Notes under the pieces: generated by a model
What the model was told of the DNA's origin: nothing
The model's input: the letters and a program-made list of their open reading frames with translations, nothing else
The model's database searches: none
Program-made: the position numbers and the translations under genes
Part shown: one piece after another, positions 23,558 to 32,000 of the stretch
Layout: each line of letters begins with the position of its first letter
Position numbering within the stretch: the stretch's first letter is position 1
From: Candidatus Kuenenia stuttgartensis
GTDB taxonomy: Bacteria > Planctomycetota > Brocadiia > Brocadiales > Brocadiaceae
Reading direction: 5' to 3'
NCBI RefSeq assembly: GCF_900232105.1
Contig: NZ_LT934425.1
Coordinates: 2,580,001 to 2,612,000 of the forward strand
DNA length: 32,000 nt

Positions 23558-23764
23558 AATACTCAAGCAACTAAGAGACACGGAGAGGTGTAAATGCCAT
23601 TAAAAAGATTCCGCTTTTCCTCCTTTGAAATCATGGAGATGTCTTTCTATCACTGTTTTTTAATATTGACTTTGAAAGTATTTATCTATAGATTAAAATA
23701 ACTAATACTGCAAAATGCCGAAAAGAATTTATCCTGTAACTACTGTTTGTTAAGGAATTTGCAA

Positions 23765-25057
23765 TTGAAGAAAACATTGATTTTCATGTGCCTCGTAGTG
23801 TTCTGTGCTGGCTGTTCCTTTAGTCACACAGGGGAGACGGTGAGCCAAAGTAAAGCAAGAAAATACCAACTGGCAATGGATTATAACAATCTTGGGACGA
23901 AATATTTCGACAAGGACATGATTCATGAAGCCATCATCCAATTTAAAAGGGCTATTGCTTTGAATCCTGACCTTGCAGAGTCGCACAACAACCTTGGCGT
24001 GTCCTATTGCAATATACAAGAATACGATAGCGCAATAGAAGAATTCAAACTTGCCATTAAGCTGAATCCTGATTACTCAAAGGCGCACGATAATCTGGGC
24101 TTTGCGTACACAAAGAAGGGTTTGTTTGAAGAGGCAATTGCCGAACATCAGAGGGCATTAAAAATAAATCCGCAGGATATGGAGGCAAAAAAGAATTTAG
24201 AGATTGCCAAAAGGGAGGCAAGCCTTGAAGTAACGAAAAAAAAATTCCAAATCGAAACTAAAGGCATTTCTCCCGGATACATTATCGGTTATAATCAGTA
24301 TGCGAGTGGTTTATTTGACGACGCCCTCTCTTCGTTTAAAAATATCCTTGTAGGGTATCCTAATGATTTGATGTCCTGTTACTATCTCGGTTGTACCTAT
24401 ACCATGAAGGGAATGGTAAATGATGCCATAAATTTATACAAAAACCTCCTGGCAAAAGACCCATCCAATATTATCGCCCGATTAAATCTCGCGGATATTT
24501 ACATGGAAAACGGACTTTATGACGAGGCGATTTTAGAATATGAGAATATCATACGAATCACTCCGAACAACATCCATGCACTGTGCAAACTTGGAGAGGC
24601 ATACGCAGAAAAAGGACAGCCGGAAAAAGCAATCCTTATATACAACAAGGCTATTGCCTCAAATCCTGCTTTCTCCAAGGCTTACAAAGAACTAGGCAGT
24701 GTTTATATGCAAACAGGCCTTTATGATGATGCAATATCGGCATGGAGCAAATTTATCGCACTGAGTCCTGGTTCATCTAAAATACATTTCAATCTTGGCT
24801 TGGCATATGCCAACAAAGATATGTTTTCAGAAGCGATAGCAGCGTTTAAAAAAGCGTTGAGTATTGATCCGGAAAATATACAAACCCTTTATCATTTAGC
24901 AGATGCCTATGATAAAAGCGGTTTGATTGATGACGCTTTCCATGAATACAATATTGCCGCCAAATTGATCTCGAAAGCGAAAAATAAGAAGAATAATGCA
25001 TCTGCAGATAAACAAAATAATTCTGAAGAAATAGTTGTTACATTTGGAGAAAAATGA
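23765..25057 (+). CDS. TPR-repeat lipoprotein
   Basis: Lipoprotein signal (M)KKTLIFMCLVVFCAG/C. There are at least 9 TPR units (for example AIIQFKRAIALNPDLAESHNNLG). The start is taken at the TTG at 23765, with TAAGGAA 8 nt upstream; the frame is open from the TTG at 23747. Confidence 0.8.
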   Translation: MKKTLIFMCLVVFCAGCSFSHTGETVSQSKARKYQLAMDYNNLGTKYFDKDMIHEAIIQFKRAIALNPDLAESHNNLGVSYCNIQEYDSAIEEFKLAIKLNPDYSKAHDNLGFAYTKKGLFEEAIAEHQRALKINPQDMEAKKNLEIAKREASLEVTKKKFQIETKGISPGYIIGYNQYASGLFDDALSSFKNILVGYPNDLMSCYYLGCTYTMKGMVNDAINLYKNLLAKDPSNIIARLNLADIYMENGLYDEAILEYENIIRITPNNIHALCKLGEAYAEKGQPEKAILIYNKAIASNPAFSKAYKELGSVYMQTGLYDDAISAWSKFIALSPGSSKIHFNLGLAYANKDMFSEAIAAFKKALSIDPENIQTLYHLADAYDKSGLIDDAFHEYNIAAKLISKAKNKKNNASADKQNNSEEIVVTFGEK

Positions 25058-25072
25058 ACTTTGAGAGGAAAA

Positions 25073-25309
25073 ATGACCATAAAGCCAAAATTAAAAATAC
25101 TCATTATAACTGTTATGGCGCTGATTATTACACTAATTTCGCTTTATTCATTCGTAAGCGTTTCGCGCTCAATAGATCAAATTCGTGGCGCCGATTTATT
25201 CTGGAACTGTTTTGCAATATGGATAAAGGGTATCATACTAACACAAGGGGTGCTTGTTGTTGGAGGACTTTTTTTATTCATGCTGAGAAAACCAAAAGGT
25301 ACCGGATAA
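25073..25309 (+). CDS. Small membrane protein (2 TM helices)
   Basis: The ATG at 25073 is preceded by GAGAGGA. The hydrophobic segments are ILIITVMALIITLISLY and GIILTQGVLVVGGLFLFM. I prefer it over the overlapping frame 25054-25347, which looks non-protein-like. Confidence 0.55.
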   Translation: MTIKPKLKILIITVMALIITLISLYSFVSVSRSIDQIRGADLFWNCFAIWIKGIILTQGVLVVGGLFLFMLRKPKGTG

Positions 25310-25316
25310 ACCAGAA

Positions 25317-25733
25317 ATGTTGCGATTTATTATTATCTTTGCCATAATCTATCTGGTGTACCTTTCGCTAAAAAAGAGTCTACAGGGGGGGAAACAAAGG
25401 GAGGGGAGTACAAGAAGCCGTACTGAACAAAAAAAAGATGTTTTCAATACAAATCGTGTTAAAGAAATTTCTTATTTGTTTTATTCTGCAACAAAGGACG
25501 ATTCAACATGTGATATTTGCAAAGAACTTGATGGGAAACATTTTTTACCCAACCACGAAATACATCATTCAATAAAACCCCCGCATCACCGTTGCAAAAA
25601 CCCGAACGGCTGCCGTTGCTCGCTTGTCTACGTTACGGAAGATGAAGCACAGAGTGAAAAAATAGAATTGATCCTTAAGAAATATGGCGGTACATGCAAT
25701 AAAAGCACCATAGAAAAAGAACTGAGAGGGTAA
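25317..25733 (+). CDS. Membrane-anchored protein with a Cys/His motif resembling the C-terminal motif of phage Mu-F/SPP1 gp7 head-morphogenesis domains
   Basis: N-terminal TM helix (FIIIFAIIYLVYLSL), then DSTCDICKELDGKHF...IKPPHHRCKNPNGCRCSLV. Compare the Mu-F-type pattern D.RVC..C..LDG..F...PP.HPNCRC. Confidence 0.5.
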   Translation: MLRFIIIFAIIYLVYLSLKKSLQGGKQREGSTRSRTEQKKDVFNTNRVKEISYLFYSATKDDSTCDICKELDGKHFLPNHEIHHSIKPPHHRCKNPNGCRCSLVYVTEDEAQSEKIELILKKYGGTCNKSTIEKELRG

Positions 25734-25737
25734 AAAA

Positions 25738-26070
25738 TTGTCTGCTAACATAACGGAAACAATAATTGTATTTGTAACGGCAGGCTCAATAAATGAGGCC
25801 AGAGAAATAGGTAAAACATTAGTGGATGAAAGGTTAGTTGCCTGCTGCAATATAACGAATCCTATTGAATCCATATTTCAATGGCAAGGAAAGGTTACTA
25901 TTGAGAATGAGGCGCTCATGATCTGTAAAACAAAGGAAGAACTCTTTGAAAGAGTTGCAGACCGTATCCGCCAATTGCATAGTTACGAGGTACCTGAAAT
26001 TATCGCCGTACCTATAGTTCGCGGCTCAAATGATTATCTGAACTGGATCAGAAAAGAAACCATTCAATAA
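25738..26070 (+). CDS. cutA: Divalent-cation tolerance protein CutA
   Basis: TTG start with a GAGAGGG Shine-Dalgarno. LVACCNI, ESIFQWQGKV and HSYEVPEIIAVPI are typical CutA1 motifs. Confidence 0.85.
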   Translation: MSANITETIIVFVTAGSINEAREIGKTLVDERLVACCNITNPIESIFQWQGKVTIENEALMICKTKEELFERVADRIRQLHSYEVPEIIAVPIVRGSNDYLNWIRKETIQ

Positions 26071-26099
26071 GACCGCAATAGGCGTTACTTTGAAAATTT

Positions 26100-26236
26100 G
26101 TAACACTTTAGTTTTTTGAAAAATTCCAATAATCACAGTGTAGGGGCGAAGCATTTGCCGTAAATTGTCATAAATGCATTCATACCCAAACAGGCAAATA
26201 CTTCGCCCCTATTTTTTCAAAAAACTAAATTGTTAC
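26100..26236 (+). repeat. Complete family A nested palindromic MITE-like element
   Basis: Outer inverted repeats GTAACACTTTAGTTTTTTGAAAAA (26100-26123) and TTTTTTCAAAAAACTAAATTGTTAC (26212-26236). Inner inverted repeats GTAGGGGCGAAGCATTTGCC (26140-26159) and GGCAAATACTTCGCCCCTAT (26193-26212). The inner hairpin is followed by a T-tract on the plus strand, 30 nt after the cutA stop. Confidence 0.85.
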
Positions 26237-26278
26237 GAAAGTTAAGATTATTTTTTTACTGTTTTAAGGAGCATTACG

Positions 26279-27301
26279 TTGGCTAAGGCTTTGGCATTAT
26301 TATCCGGTGGTTTAGATAGCACTTTGGCGATACGCGTTATTCAGGAGCAAGGTATTGAGGTTATAGCGCTGAACTTTGTCACAGTTTTTTGCCGATGTAC
26401 TTCACATGGCAGTTGCAAATTGGAGGCGGTAAAAGTTTCAGAAAAATTTGGAATACCGATTAAGGTAATTAATACCACAGATCGATTTTTGGAAATAGTG
26501 AAAAAACCAAAACATGGATATGGTAAACACATGAATCCGTGTATTGATTGCAGGATTAATATTTTCCATGCGGCAGGAGACTACATGCGCGAAATTGGCG
26601 CAGATTTTATTATCACCGGGGAGGTATTGGGGCAAAGGCCTATGTCACAGCGAAAGGAAGCTATGAGGATTATTGATAAAGAGGCAAATCTTACCGGACT
26701 GGTATTGAGACCATTGTGCGCAAAGCATATGGAACCGACTATCCCCGAAAAACTCGGGCTTGTGGACAGAGAAAAGTTGCTTCAAATCAGAGGACGTTCC
26801 AGGAAAGAGCAGATACAACTGGCAGATGTTTTTGAGATCAAAGACTATCCTTGTTCTGCCGGCGGATGTTTGCTTACTGACCCGGAATTCGCGCACCGCA
26901 TGAGAGATTTGATAGAGACATCCGATGCTGATGTAAATGATGTGAATCTTCTGAAGGTAGGAAGGCATTTTAAAATAGATAATACAACAAAAGCCATTGT
27001 AGGAAGGAACGAAGCGGAAAATGAAAGAATAGCCGCCCTTTTTAAATCCGGTGATTATCTATTAAATTTGATTGATGTGCCAGGTCCGATCACGTTGCTT
27101 CGCGGTGAAATTACGGAAGAAAAAATTCACACTTCTGCGCGTATCACAGCGAGATACGGAAAATCACAATTTCTTCCACAGACAAAAGTGGCTGTGAGAA
27201 AATCGAACAATGGAACACCTGCGAAAATAATGGAAATTGTTCCTATGACGCGTGAAGAAGCTGACGTTCTCATGATAAACAAAAAAAATGATTTTAACTG
27301 A
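26279..27301 (+). CDS. PP-loop ATP pyrophosphatase family protein (ThiI/MnmA-like, putative tRNA thiolation enzyme)
   Basis: TTG start with an AAGGAG Shine-Dalgarno. PP-loop LLSGGLDST, NPCIDCRI and TGEVLGQRPMSQ (ThiI-like GQ..SQ motif). The exact substrate is not assignable. Confidence 0.65.
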   Translation: MAKALALLSGGLDSTLAIRVIQEQGIEVIALNFVTVFCRCTSHGSCKLEAVKVSEKFGIPIKVINTTDRFLEIVKKPKHGYGKHMNPCIDCRINIFHAAGDYMREIGADFIITGEVLGQRPMSQRKEAMRIIDKEANLTGLVLRPLCAKHMEPTIPEKLGLVDREKLLQIRGRSRKEQIQLADVFEIKDYPCSAGGCLLTDPEFAHRMRDLIETSDADVNDVNLLKVGRHFKIDNTTKAIVGRNEAENERIAALFKSGDYLLNLIDVPGPITLLRGEITEEKIHTSARITARYGKSQFLPQTKVAVRKSNNGTPAKIMEIVPMTREEADVLMINKKNDFN

Positions 27302-27448
27302 GTAATAAAAGGCCAACCGTAGCGTCTACAGCCTACAGAAATTGAGGATTGAGGACTGACTTATTACCCCCCTGATAAACAAACAGGGACTAATTGCTAA
27401 TATTCGATTTGCAATTTTTACAAAATAAAAACAAAACGCTTTCCAACC

Positions 27449-28621
27449 ATGAAATTCATCTCTTTTAATATTTCTAAATACCTTGATAAATTTAAAAAAA
27501 CTGCATCAATCGCAGAAAAACCATCCTTTATCAGGACAAATAAACAGATTTCTTTGATTATCGGAAGTATCTTTGCAATTTGTGTTGTTTCCCTTTGTTG
27601 CTATTGGTTTCTTAAAGAAAAACCTTATTATGAAAAACTGCTTTTAGAAAAGGATGAACAAATAAAGACGTTAAAATTTTTACGCATGAAACGGCAAAAG
27701 ATCGATGAAAATGCGTTCGAAGCAAAAATTGCCGAGTATGATGAAAAAATAAAAAATGAATACATTCCCAGGTCTTTTTATGAGGAAAAGATAAAGGAAT
27801 CTGAAGAAAAACTCGCTTCTTATGAAGGGGATTATTTTTCAAAAAAAGAACACGAAAAACAGATGAAGGAATTAGAACAAAAATTCAGAGAAGATCATTT
27901 ATTGGAAATAACTGCTATTAAAAAAGAAAGTGAAAAGAAAACGACAAGGCTTGAGCAGAAAATATCCTTACTGAAGGACAAAAATTTTGAACTTACGAAT
28001 ATTTTTGACAAATCAGTTGGTTTTATTGAAAAAGAAAAAGAGGCATTGGAAAATGCCCTTTCTGCAGAAAGGAAAAAGGCCTTCATATCTTCATTGATTC
28101 TACCTGAAACTCAAAATAAAACATTAGATGCCAATACACTCAAAAAACTTGTTGCAATAAAAGAAAAATTAGAAAATATTGAGAAACTGAATATCAGCTT
28201 AAACTCAAACACTTACTTTGAATTGGGACTTATTTCCTATTATAACGGTCAATATGAAAAAGCAATAGAACAGTGGGAAAACGCGGTATCTCTCAACAAA
28301 AACAATTTAAGAGCGTATTTATGTCTGGGAATAGCATACAACCAGGAAAATATGTCGGAAAATGCTATTATAATTTTAAAACGAGCAATAACAGTCAACC
28401 CAAAACATGCAACCTTGCATCTAGCGCTGGCACGTATTTATGAAGAAAAAGAGCTGTTAGATAGTGCTATCTATGAATATTCAAAAGTATTGGAAATACA
28501 GCCAGACACCGTTGAAATATTAAACAATTTAGGTAACTTATACGAAAAAAAAGGTATGAAAGAAGAAGCAAGAAAGGCATTTGAAAGATATAGAAAATTA
28601 AAAAATGATACTACTGGTTAA
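27449..28621 (+). CDS. Membrane-anchored coiled-coil protein with C-terminal TPR repeats
   Basis: TM helix ISLIIGSIFAICVVSLCCYWFL, about 180 aa of K/E-rich heptad-like sequence, then TPR units (YNGQYEKAIEQWENAVSLNKNN..., AIYEYSKVLEIQPD...). Confidence 0.65.
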   Translation: MKFISFNISKYLDKFKKTASIAEKPSFIRTNKQISLIIGSIFAICVVSLCCYWFLKEKPYYEKLLLEKDEQIKTLKFLRMKRQKIDENAFEAKIAEYDEKIKNEYIPRSFYEEKIKESEEKLASYEGDYFSKKEHEKQMKELEQKFREDHLLEITAIKKESEKKTTRLEQKISLLKDKNFELTNIFDKSVGFIEKEKEALENALSAERKKAFISSLILPETQNKTLDANTLKKLVAIKEKLENIEKLNISLNSNTYFELGLISYYNGQYEKAIEQWENAVSLNKNNLRAYLCLGIAYNQENMSENAIIILKRAITVNPKHATLHLALARIYEEKELLDSAIYEYSKVLEIQPDTVEILNNLGNLYEKKGMKEEARKAFERYRKLKNDTTG

Positions 28622-28666
28622 ATTGCCTTCCCCCAAGGACTTAAAAATTAAATGACTTTGCATTGC

Positions 28667-29341
28667 TTAGCATGCGCCTTTTTTGCTCAATACTGCAAAC
28701 AAGGTCAAAAAGATAATTTTAATATCCAGAAATATTGATCTGCTACGTACATACGCTATATCATATTTTACCCAATCACCGAATTTCCCTGTAGGTCTGC
28801 CATAAATCTGCCACAAACCTGTCAGGCCAGGTTTTGCCGTAAGCCTTATATTTTTCCATAGGTCGTAGCCTGCCATTTCTTCTTTCGCCAAAGGCCTTGG
28901 CCCCACCAGGCTCATTTCACCTTTTAAAATATTAATAAACTGTGGCAATTCATCAATGCTCCATTTTCTAAGAAATAATCCGATTCTTGTAATCCTTGGG
29001 TCTTTTTTTATTTTAAATACCGGCCCTTCCATTTCATTAAGAAGATTTTTTTTCAAAATCTCGGCATCATCAACCATGGTTCTGAATTTTAACATAAAAA
29101 ATTCTTTACCACTTTTCCCGCAGCGTTTTTGTTTAAAAAAAACAGCGCCTTTACTATCCACTTTGATTAAAACTGCAACAAAGAAAAATATTGGAGAAAA
29201 AAGCATTATAAAAAATAGACTACAGGCAATATCAACCCCCCTTTTTACCACATTTTCTATAGTGTGTTTCATAGTAGAATAATCTTTTGAATCTATATTT
29301 GGGCCAAATACGTCCTGTGTAATAATCTTTTCTGATAACAT
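28667..29341 (-). CDS. Small monotopic phosphoglycosyl transferase ('bacterial sugar transferase' family, PglC/WbaP C-terminal type)
   Basis: Re-entrant helix, then KQKRCGKSGKEFFMLKFRTM, DPRITRIGLFLRKWSIDELPQFINILKGEMSLVGPRP. Confidence 0.85.
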   Translation of the reverse strand: MLSEKIITQDVFGPNIDSKDYSTMKHTIENVVKRGVDIACSLFFIMLFSPIFFFVAVLIKVDSKGAVFFKQKRCGKSGKEFFMLKFRTMVDDAEILKKNLLNEMEGPVFKIKKDPRITRIGLFLRKWSIDELPQFINILKGEMSLVGPRPLAKEEMAGYDLWKNIRLTAKPGLTGLWQIYGRPTGKFGDWVKYDIAYVRSRSIFLDIKIIFLTLFAVLSKKGAC

Positions 29342-29880
29342 ATAAATCCCCCATCTTCTTCTATAACATTAAAAAAAATACAATTTCAATGCACATGGTG
29401 AAAATTTAGAAAATGTACTCACAGCTTTTAAATATATCAAAATAGCAGACATAGTTTTCACAATTCTTATTATTCATCGCTAATTTTTAAACAATTATCG
29501 ATGATAATTAATAAAGTAGCAATACTTGTGCCAAACATCTATGAAATTTGCTTGTATTATTACTTATTCAGTAATAATTTAAGGTATGGTCAATAGCGTG
29601 AATAAACAATAAACATGTGTTTTGCCTGTTTCACTATTTGCTATTATATAAAAAATATTTATTTATGAATATGATGTATATCACATTTATAAAGATCTTG
29701 TAATAATTCCAGAACTCCTGATCAGGTGGAATTTGATTTGACACCAAATTAAATGTTTGGTGGTAACAGAACGAATCGCAATGGCAATGTCTTTGCTCAA
29801 ACTTTTGTCTATCTCACTGTAATTAATTGACTTAGATACTTTTTTTTGTAAAAAAGAACACTTCTTGAGTTCTGGATTTG

Positions 29881-29966
29881 GTTTTTTGAAAAAGTAGGGG
29901 CGAAGCATTTGCCAGTTTGGGTAGGAATGTATTTATGGCAATTTACAGCAAATGCTTCGCCCCTCC
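29881..29966 (-). repeat. Family A element, partial left arm plus inner hairpin
   Basis: GTTTTTTGAAAAA (29881-29893) plus GTAGGGGCGAAGCATTTGCC (29894-29913), a loop, then GCAAATGCTTCGCCCCTCC (29948-29966). On the minus strand the hairpin plus TTTTTC lies 35 nt after the stop of the 30001-31620 gene. Confidence 0.8.
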
Positions 29967-30000
29967 ACCATGAGGCAAAAGAGGATATCCTGCTTTTTAT

Positions 30001-31620
30001 TTACCTCTTCAGATTTTTTATATTTTCCATAACTTCATCGGCATCTGGCGCTTCGGGATTAAGCTTTAAGTAGGTTACATAATCTTTTAATGCTTTTTCT
30101 TTACATGCTAAATCGCGGTGAGTATTTGCACGATGAAGATATGCAAGGGGATTGTAAGGAAAGAGTTCTATGGAGGTATTAAGATCCGAAATGGCTTCAG
30201 AAGGCATTCCTAATATTTTTTTTACAAGTGCACGTTCATAATAAACACCTGCAAGCATTGGTTTCAATGCTATCATTTTGTTAAAATCTTCAAGAGATTC
30301 CCTGAAACGCCCGCTTCCGCGATACGCCTTTGCCCTTATGTAATATGCAAAGGCATTTTCAGGAACAGATTCAATAAAGGTAGTTATGTCCTGTATCGCC
30401 TCTTCGTAACGCATTGCATCGGCATGAAGGATGCTTCTTTTCATGTAAATATCTACATTGCCCGGATCAAGTTCCAATGCCTTATTAAAATCGTTTAACG
30501 CCTTTTCCGGTTCATTTGATTCGGCGTATGCCAGTCCCCTCGCTGCGTAAGCAGGGGCATATGCCGGATCAAAAGTTATCACCATGCTTAAATCGTGTAT
30601 TGTTGATTCTATTTGTCCAATTAAATAGAATGCGATGCCTCTGTTATAATACGCCAATTTTGAGCCGGGGTCTAATGATATTGCCTTGTTATAATCCATT
30701 ATGGCAGTATCAATATTTTCCATTTTGGCGTGATATGACCCCCGGTTATAATACGTCGACGCATAATCCGGATTCAAATCAACCGCCCTGTTATAGTCTG
30801 CTATTGCCAGTTCATTATTGCCAAGTTTTTCGTGGAGTACGCCCCTGTCACAAAAAGCAACTGCATCGGTATCGCGCAATGCCATAGCTTTGTTCACGTC
30901 GTGTAATGCATCTTTTAAATTGCCTTTTTGTTTTTGAACAAGGGAACGATTTAAATAAACACTGGCAAGCACCTCATCCACGGTAAGGTTTTTTAAATAA
31001 TATCCATTCACAATACTTTTTTCAGAGATAGCCTTTCCTGGAACGTTTATGTAATAACGATCCGGTATGGAAAGTCCGTTATAACCTGTCTCTATGTTTA
31101 TTTTATAACTTCCGTCATCATATCGCACAAACATATGTTCCGGCACACTTACTCCATATACCGGCAATTGAAGATTCTCTGCTATGCAAAGATACAGGAG
31201 AGATAATCCTACACAGTTTCCAATTTTATTGTCCAATACCTTATTTAGAAATATATATTCAATATCCCCCTTTTGTGTATATTTAAACCCGAATGTATCA
31301 AAAAGAATAGCATTTATCGTACTGATGATATACTCCGGCGTTTTATTTTTTCCTACAGATGTTTTTATGCTTTCACATATTTCATCTAATTGTTGAAGGT
31401 AATGTGTTTTGTCTATTCCCTGGCAGGATTCCGAGGCAATGTCAAGAATAATGCTTGCAATACCTTTTTTCTCCGGTTCGATTTCCCATACATGGTTAGG
31501 AATATGGTCATCTGCTGATACGTGAAAAGCAACGTTTCCCTTATCCGTAAAAAAGAAACCCTCATAGATTGCACAAAGAAGAAAACAAAGTAGCAGGGCT
31601 TTTTTAACGCTATGTTCCAT
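30001..31620 (-). CDS. Secreted protein with an N-terminal transglutaminase-like (cysteine-protease fold) domain and C-terminal TPR repeats
   Basis: The start is taken at the ATG at 31620 (MEHSVKKALLLCFLLCAIYEG signal), 2 nt after the upstream stop. GNCVGLSLLYLCIAENLQLPVYGVSVPEHMFVRY resembles the Cys...His core of transglutaminase-like proteins. There are at least 8 TPR units (AIADYNRAVDLNPDYASTYYNRG and others). Confidence 0.7.
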   Translation of the reverse strand: MEHSVKKALLLCFLLCAIYEGFFFTDKGNVAFHVSADDHIPNHVWEIEPEKKGIASIILDIASESCQGIDKTHYLQQLDEICESIKTSVGKNKTPEYIISTINAILFDTFGFKYTQKGDIEYIFLNKVLDNKIGNCVGLSLLYLCIAENLQLPVYGVSVPEHMFVRYDDGSYKINIETGYNGLSIPDRYYINVPGKAISEKSIVNGYYLKNLTVDEVLASVYLNRSLVQKQKGNLKDALHDVNKAMALRDTDAVAFCDRGVLHEKLGNNELAIADYNRAVDLNPDYASTYYNRGSYHAKMENIDTAIMDYNKAISLDPGSKLAYYNRGIAFYLIGQIESTIHDLSMVITFDPAYAPAYAARGLAYAESNEPEKALNDFNKALELDPGNVDIYMKRSILHADAMRYEEAIQDITTFIESVPENAFAYYIRAKAYRGSGRFRESLEDFNKMIALKPMLAGVYYERALVKKILGMPSEAISDLNTSIELFPYNPLAYLHRANTHRDLACKEKALKDYVTYLKLNPEAPDADEVMENIKNLKR

Positions 31621-31622
31621 AA

Positions 31623-32000
31623 TCAATAGGCATGTTTGTTGATAAAGCCGCGCCATAATGTAAGCCAGATAATCTTCAAATCAAATTTCATCGACCAATG
31701 TTCAATGTAGTATAGGTCGTATTTTATACGTTTTTCAAGGGACGTATTGCCGCGGAAACCGCAAACTTGCGCCCACCCGGTAATCCCCGCCTTCATTTTG
31801 TGCCGTAACATATATTTTGGTGTGGTATTTCTGAAATTCTTTATAAAAACAGGCCTTTCAGGACGCGGTCCGACAATGCTCATATCTCCCCACAACACAT
31901 TAAAAAATTGTGGCAATTCGTCTAAACTTGCCATTCGTAAGAATTTCCCGATTTTCGTACAACGGGGATCGTTTTTCTTTGTCCAGACAGGGCCGGTTTG
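31623..32000 (-). CDS. Phosphoglycosyl transferase ('bacterial sugar transferase' family), C-terminal part; 5' end beyond the window
   Basis: The frame is open to the window edge (…[48 protein letters not shown]…GITGWAQV…). Confidence 0.85.
   Translation of the reverse strand, partial: QTGPVWTKKNDPRCTKIGKFLRMASLDELPQFFNVLWGDMSIVGPRPERPVFIKNFRNTTPKYMLRHKMKAGITGWAQVCGFRGNTSLEKRIKYDLYYIEHWSMKFDLKIIWLTLWRGFINKHAY

Noticed and set aside
25054-25347. 97-aa ORF in an alternative frame to the 25073-25309 membrane protein
   Set aside because: The sequence is rich in C/R/N/Y with no hydrophobic core or motifs. The competing frame has a Shine-Dalgarno and two clean TM helices.
8730-29966. Possible CRISPR array, suggested by recurring 24-nt repeats and GTTTC/GAAAC hairpins
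   Set aside because: The repeat copies are kilobases apart, occur in both orientations, pair as inverted repeats and are separated by genes. There are no regularly spaced spacers and no cas genes.

Overview
AT-rich, gene-dense bacterial chromosomal window. It mostly encodes envelope and housekeeping functions of a diderm bacterium. The taxon cannot be fixed from sequence alone; the repeat style and protein flavour remind me of planctomycete/anammox-type genomes, but that is a guess. I support about 29 CDS. Plus strand, in order: a 5'-truncated parvulin PPIase; a 3-gene operon of unknown function ending in a radical SAM enzyme; a ydbH-ynbE-ydbL-like AsmA-family lipid-transport operon; a HAD phosphatase; hflK-hflC; a 2-gene RelE/ParE-type toxin-antitoxin pair; an S8 protease; an NhaP2/CvrA-type K+/H+ antiporter; a small ORF; a small membrane protein plus HtrA/DegP; PlsC; an operon of TPR lipoprotein, two small membrane proteins and CutA; a PP-loop ATPase; and a coiled-coil/TPR protein. 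Minus strand: one IS transposase, a DUF218/ElyC-like gene, and a polysaccharide-type block of sugar transferase, transglutaminase-like TPR protein and sugar transferase. There is one RNA gene, a one-piece tmRNA (19218-19570, minus), with its own terminator. There is one intact IS (936-3321). No CRISPR array, rRNA, tRNA, integrase or recognisable defence system was found. The accessory content is as follows. (1) The IS transposase is a full Tn5-type DDE enzyme with an extra DruA-like (DUF4338) N-terminal domain. (2) Next to it lies an uncharacterised operon with an operator-bearing promoter: a Lys-rich protein, a secreted protein and a radical SAM enzyme with a 7-Cys C-terminus. (3) The TA cassette is bracketed by a ~46-bp duplication of the 3' end of the neighbouring gene. 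(4) Nearly every intergenic region contains nested palindromic, MITE-like repeats of at least three families. One family sits right after stop codons and is oriented so that it provides hairpin plus T-tract terminators. All functional calls come from motif recognition by eye; no searches were run.
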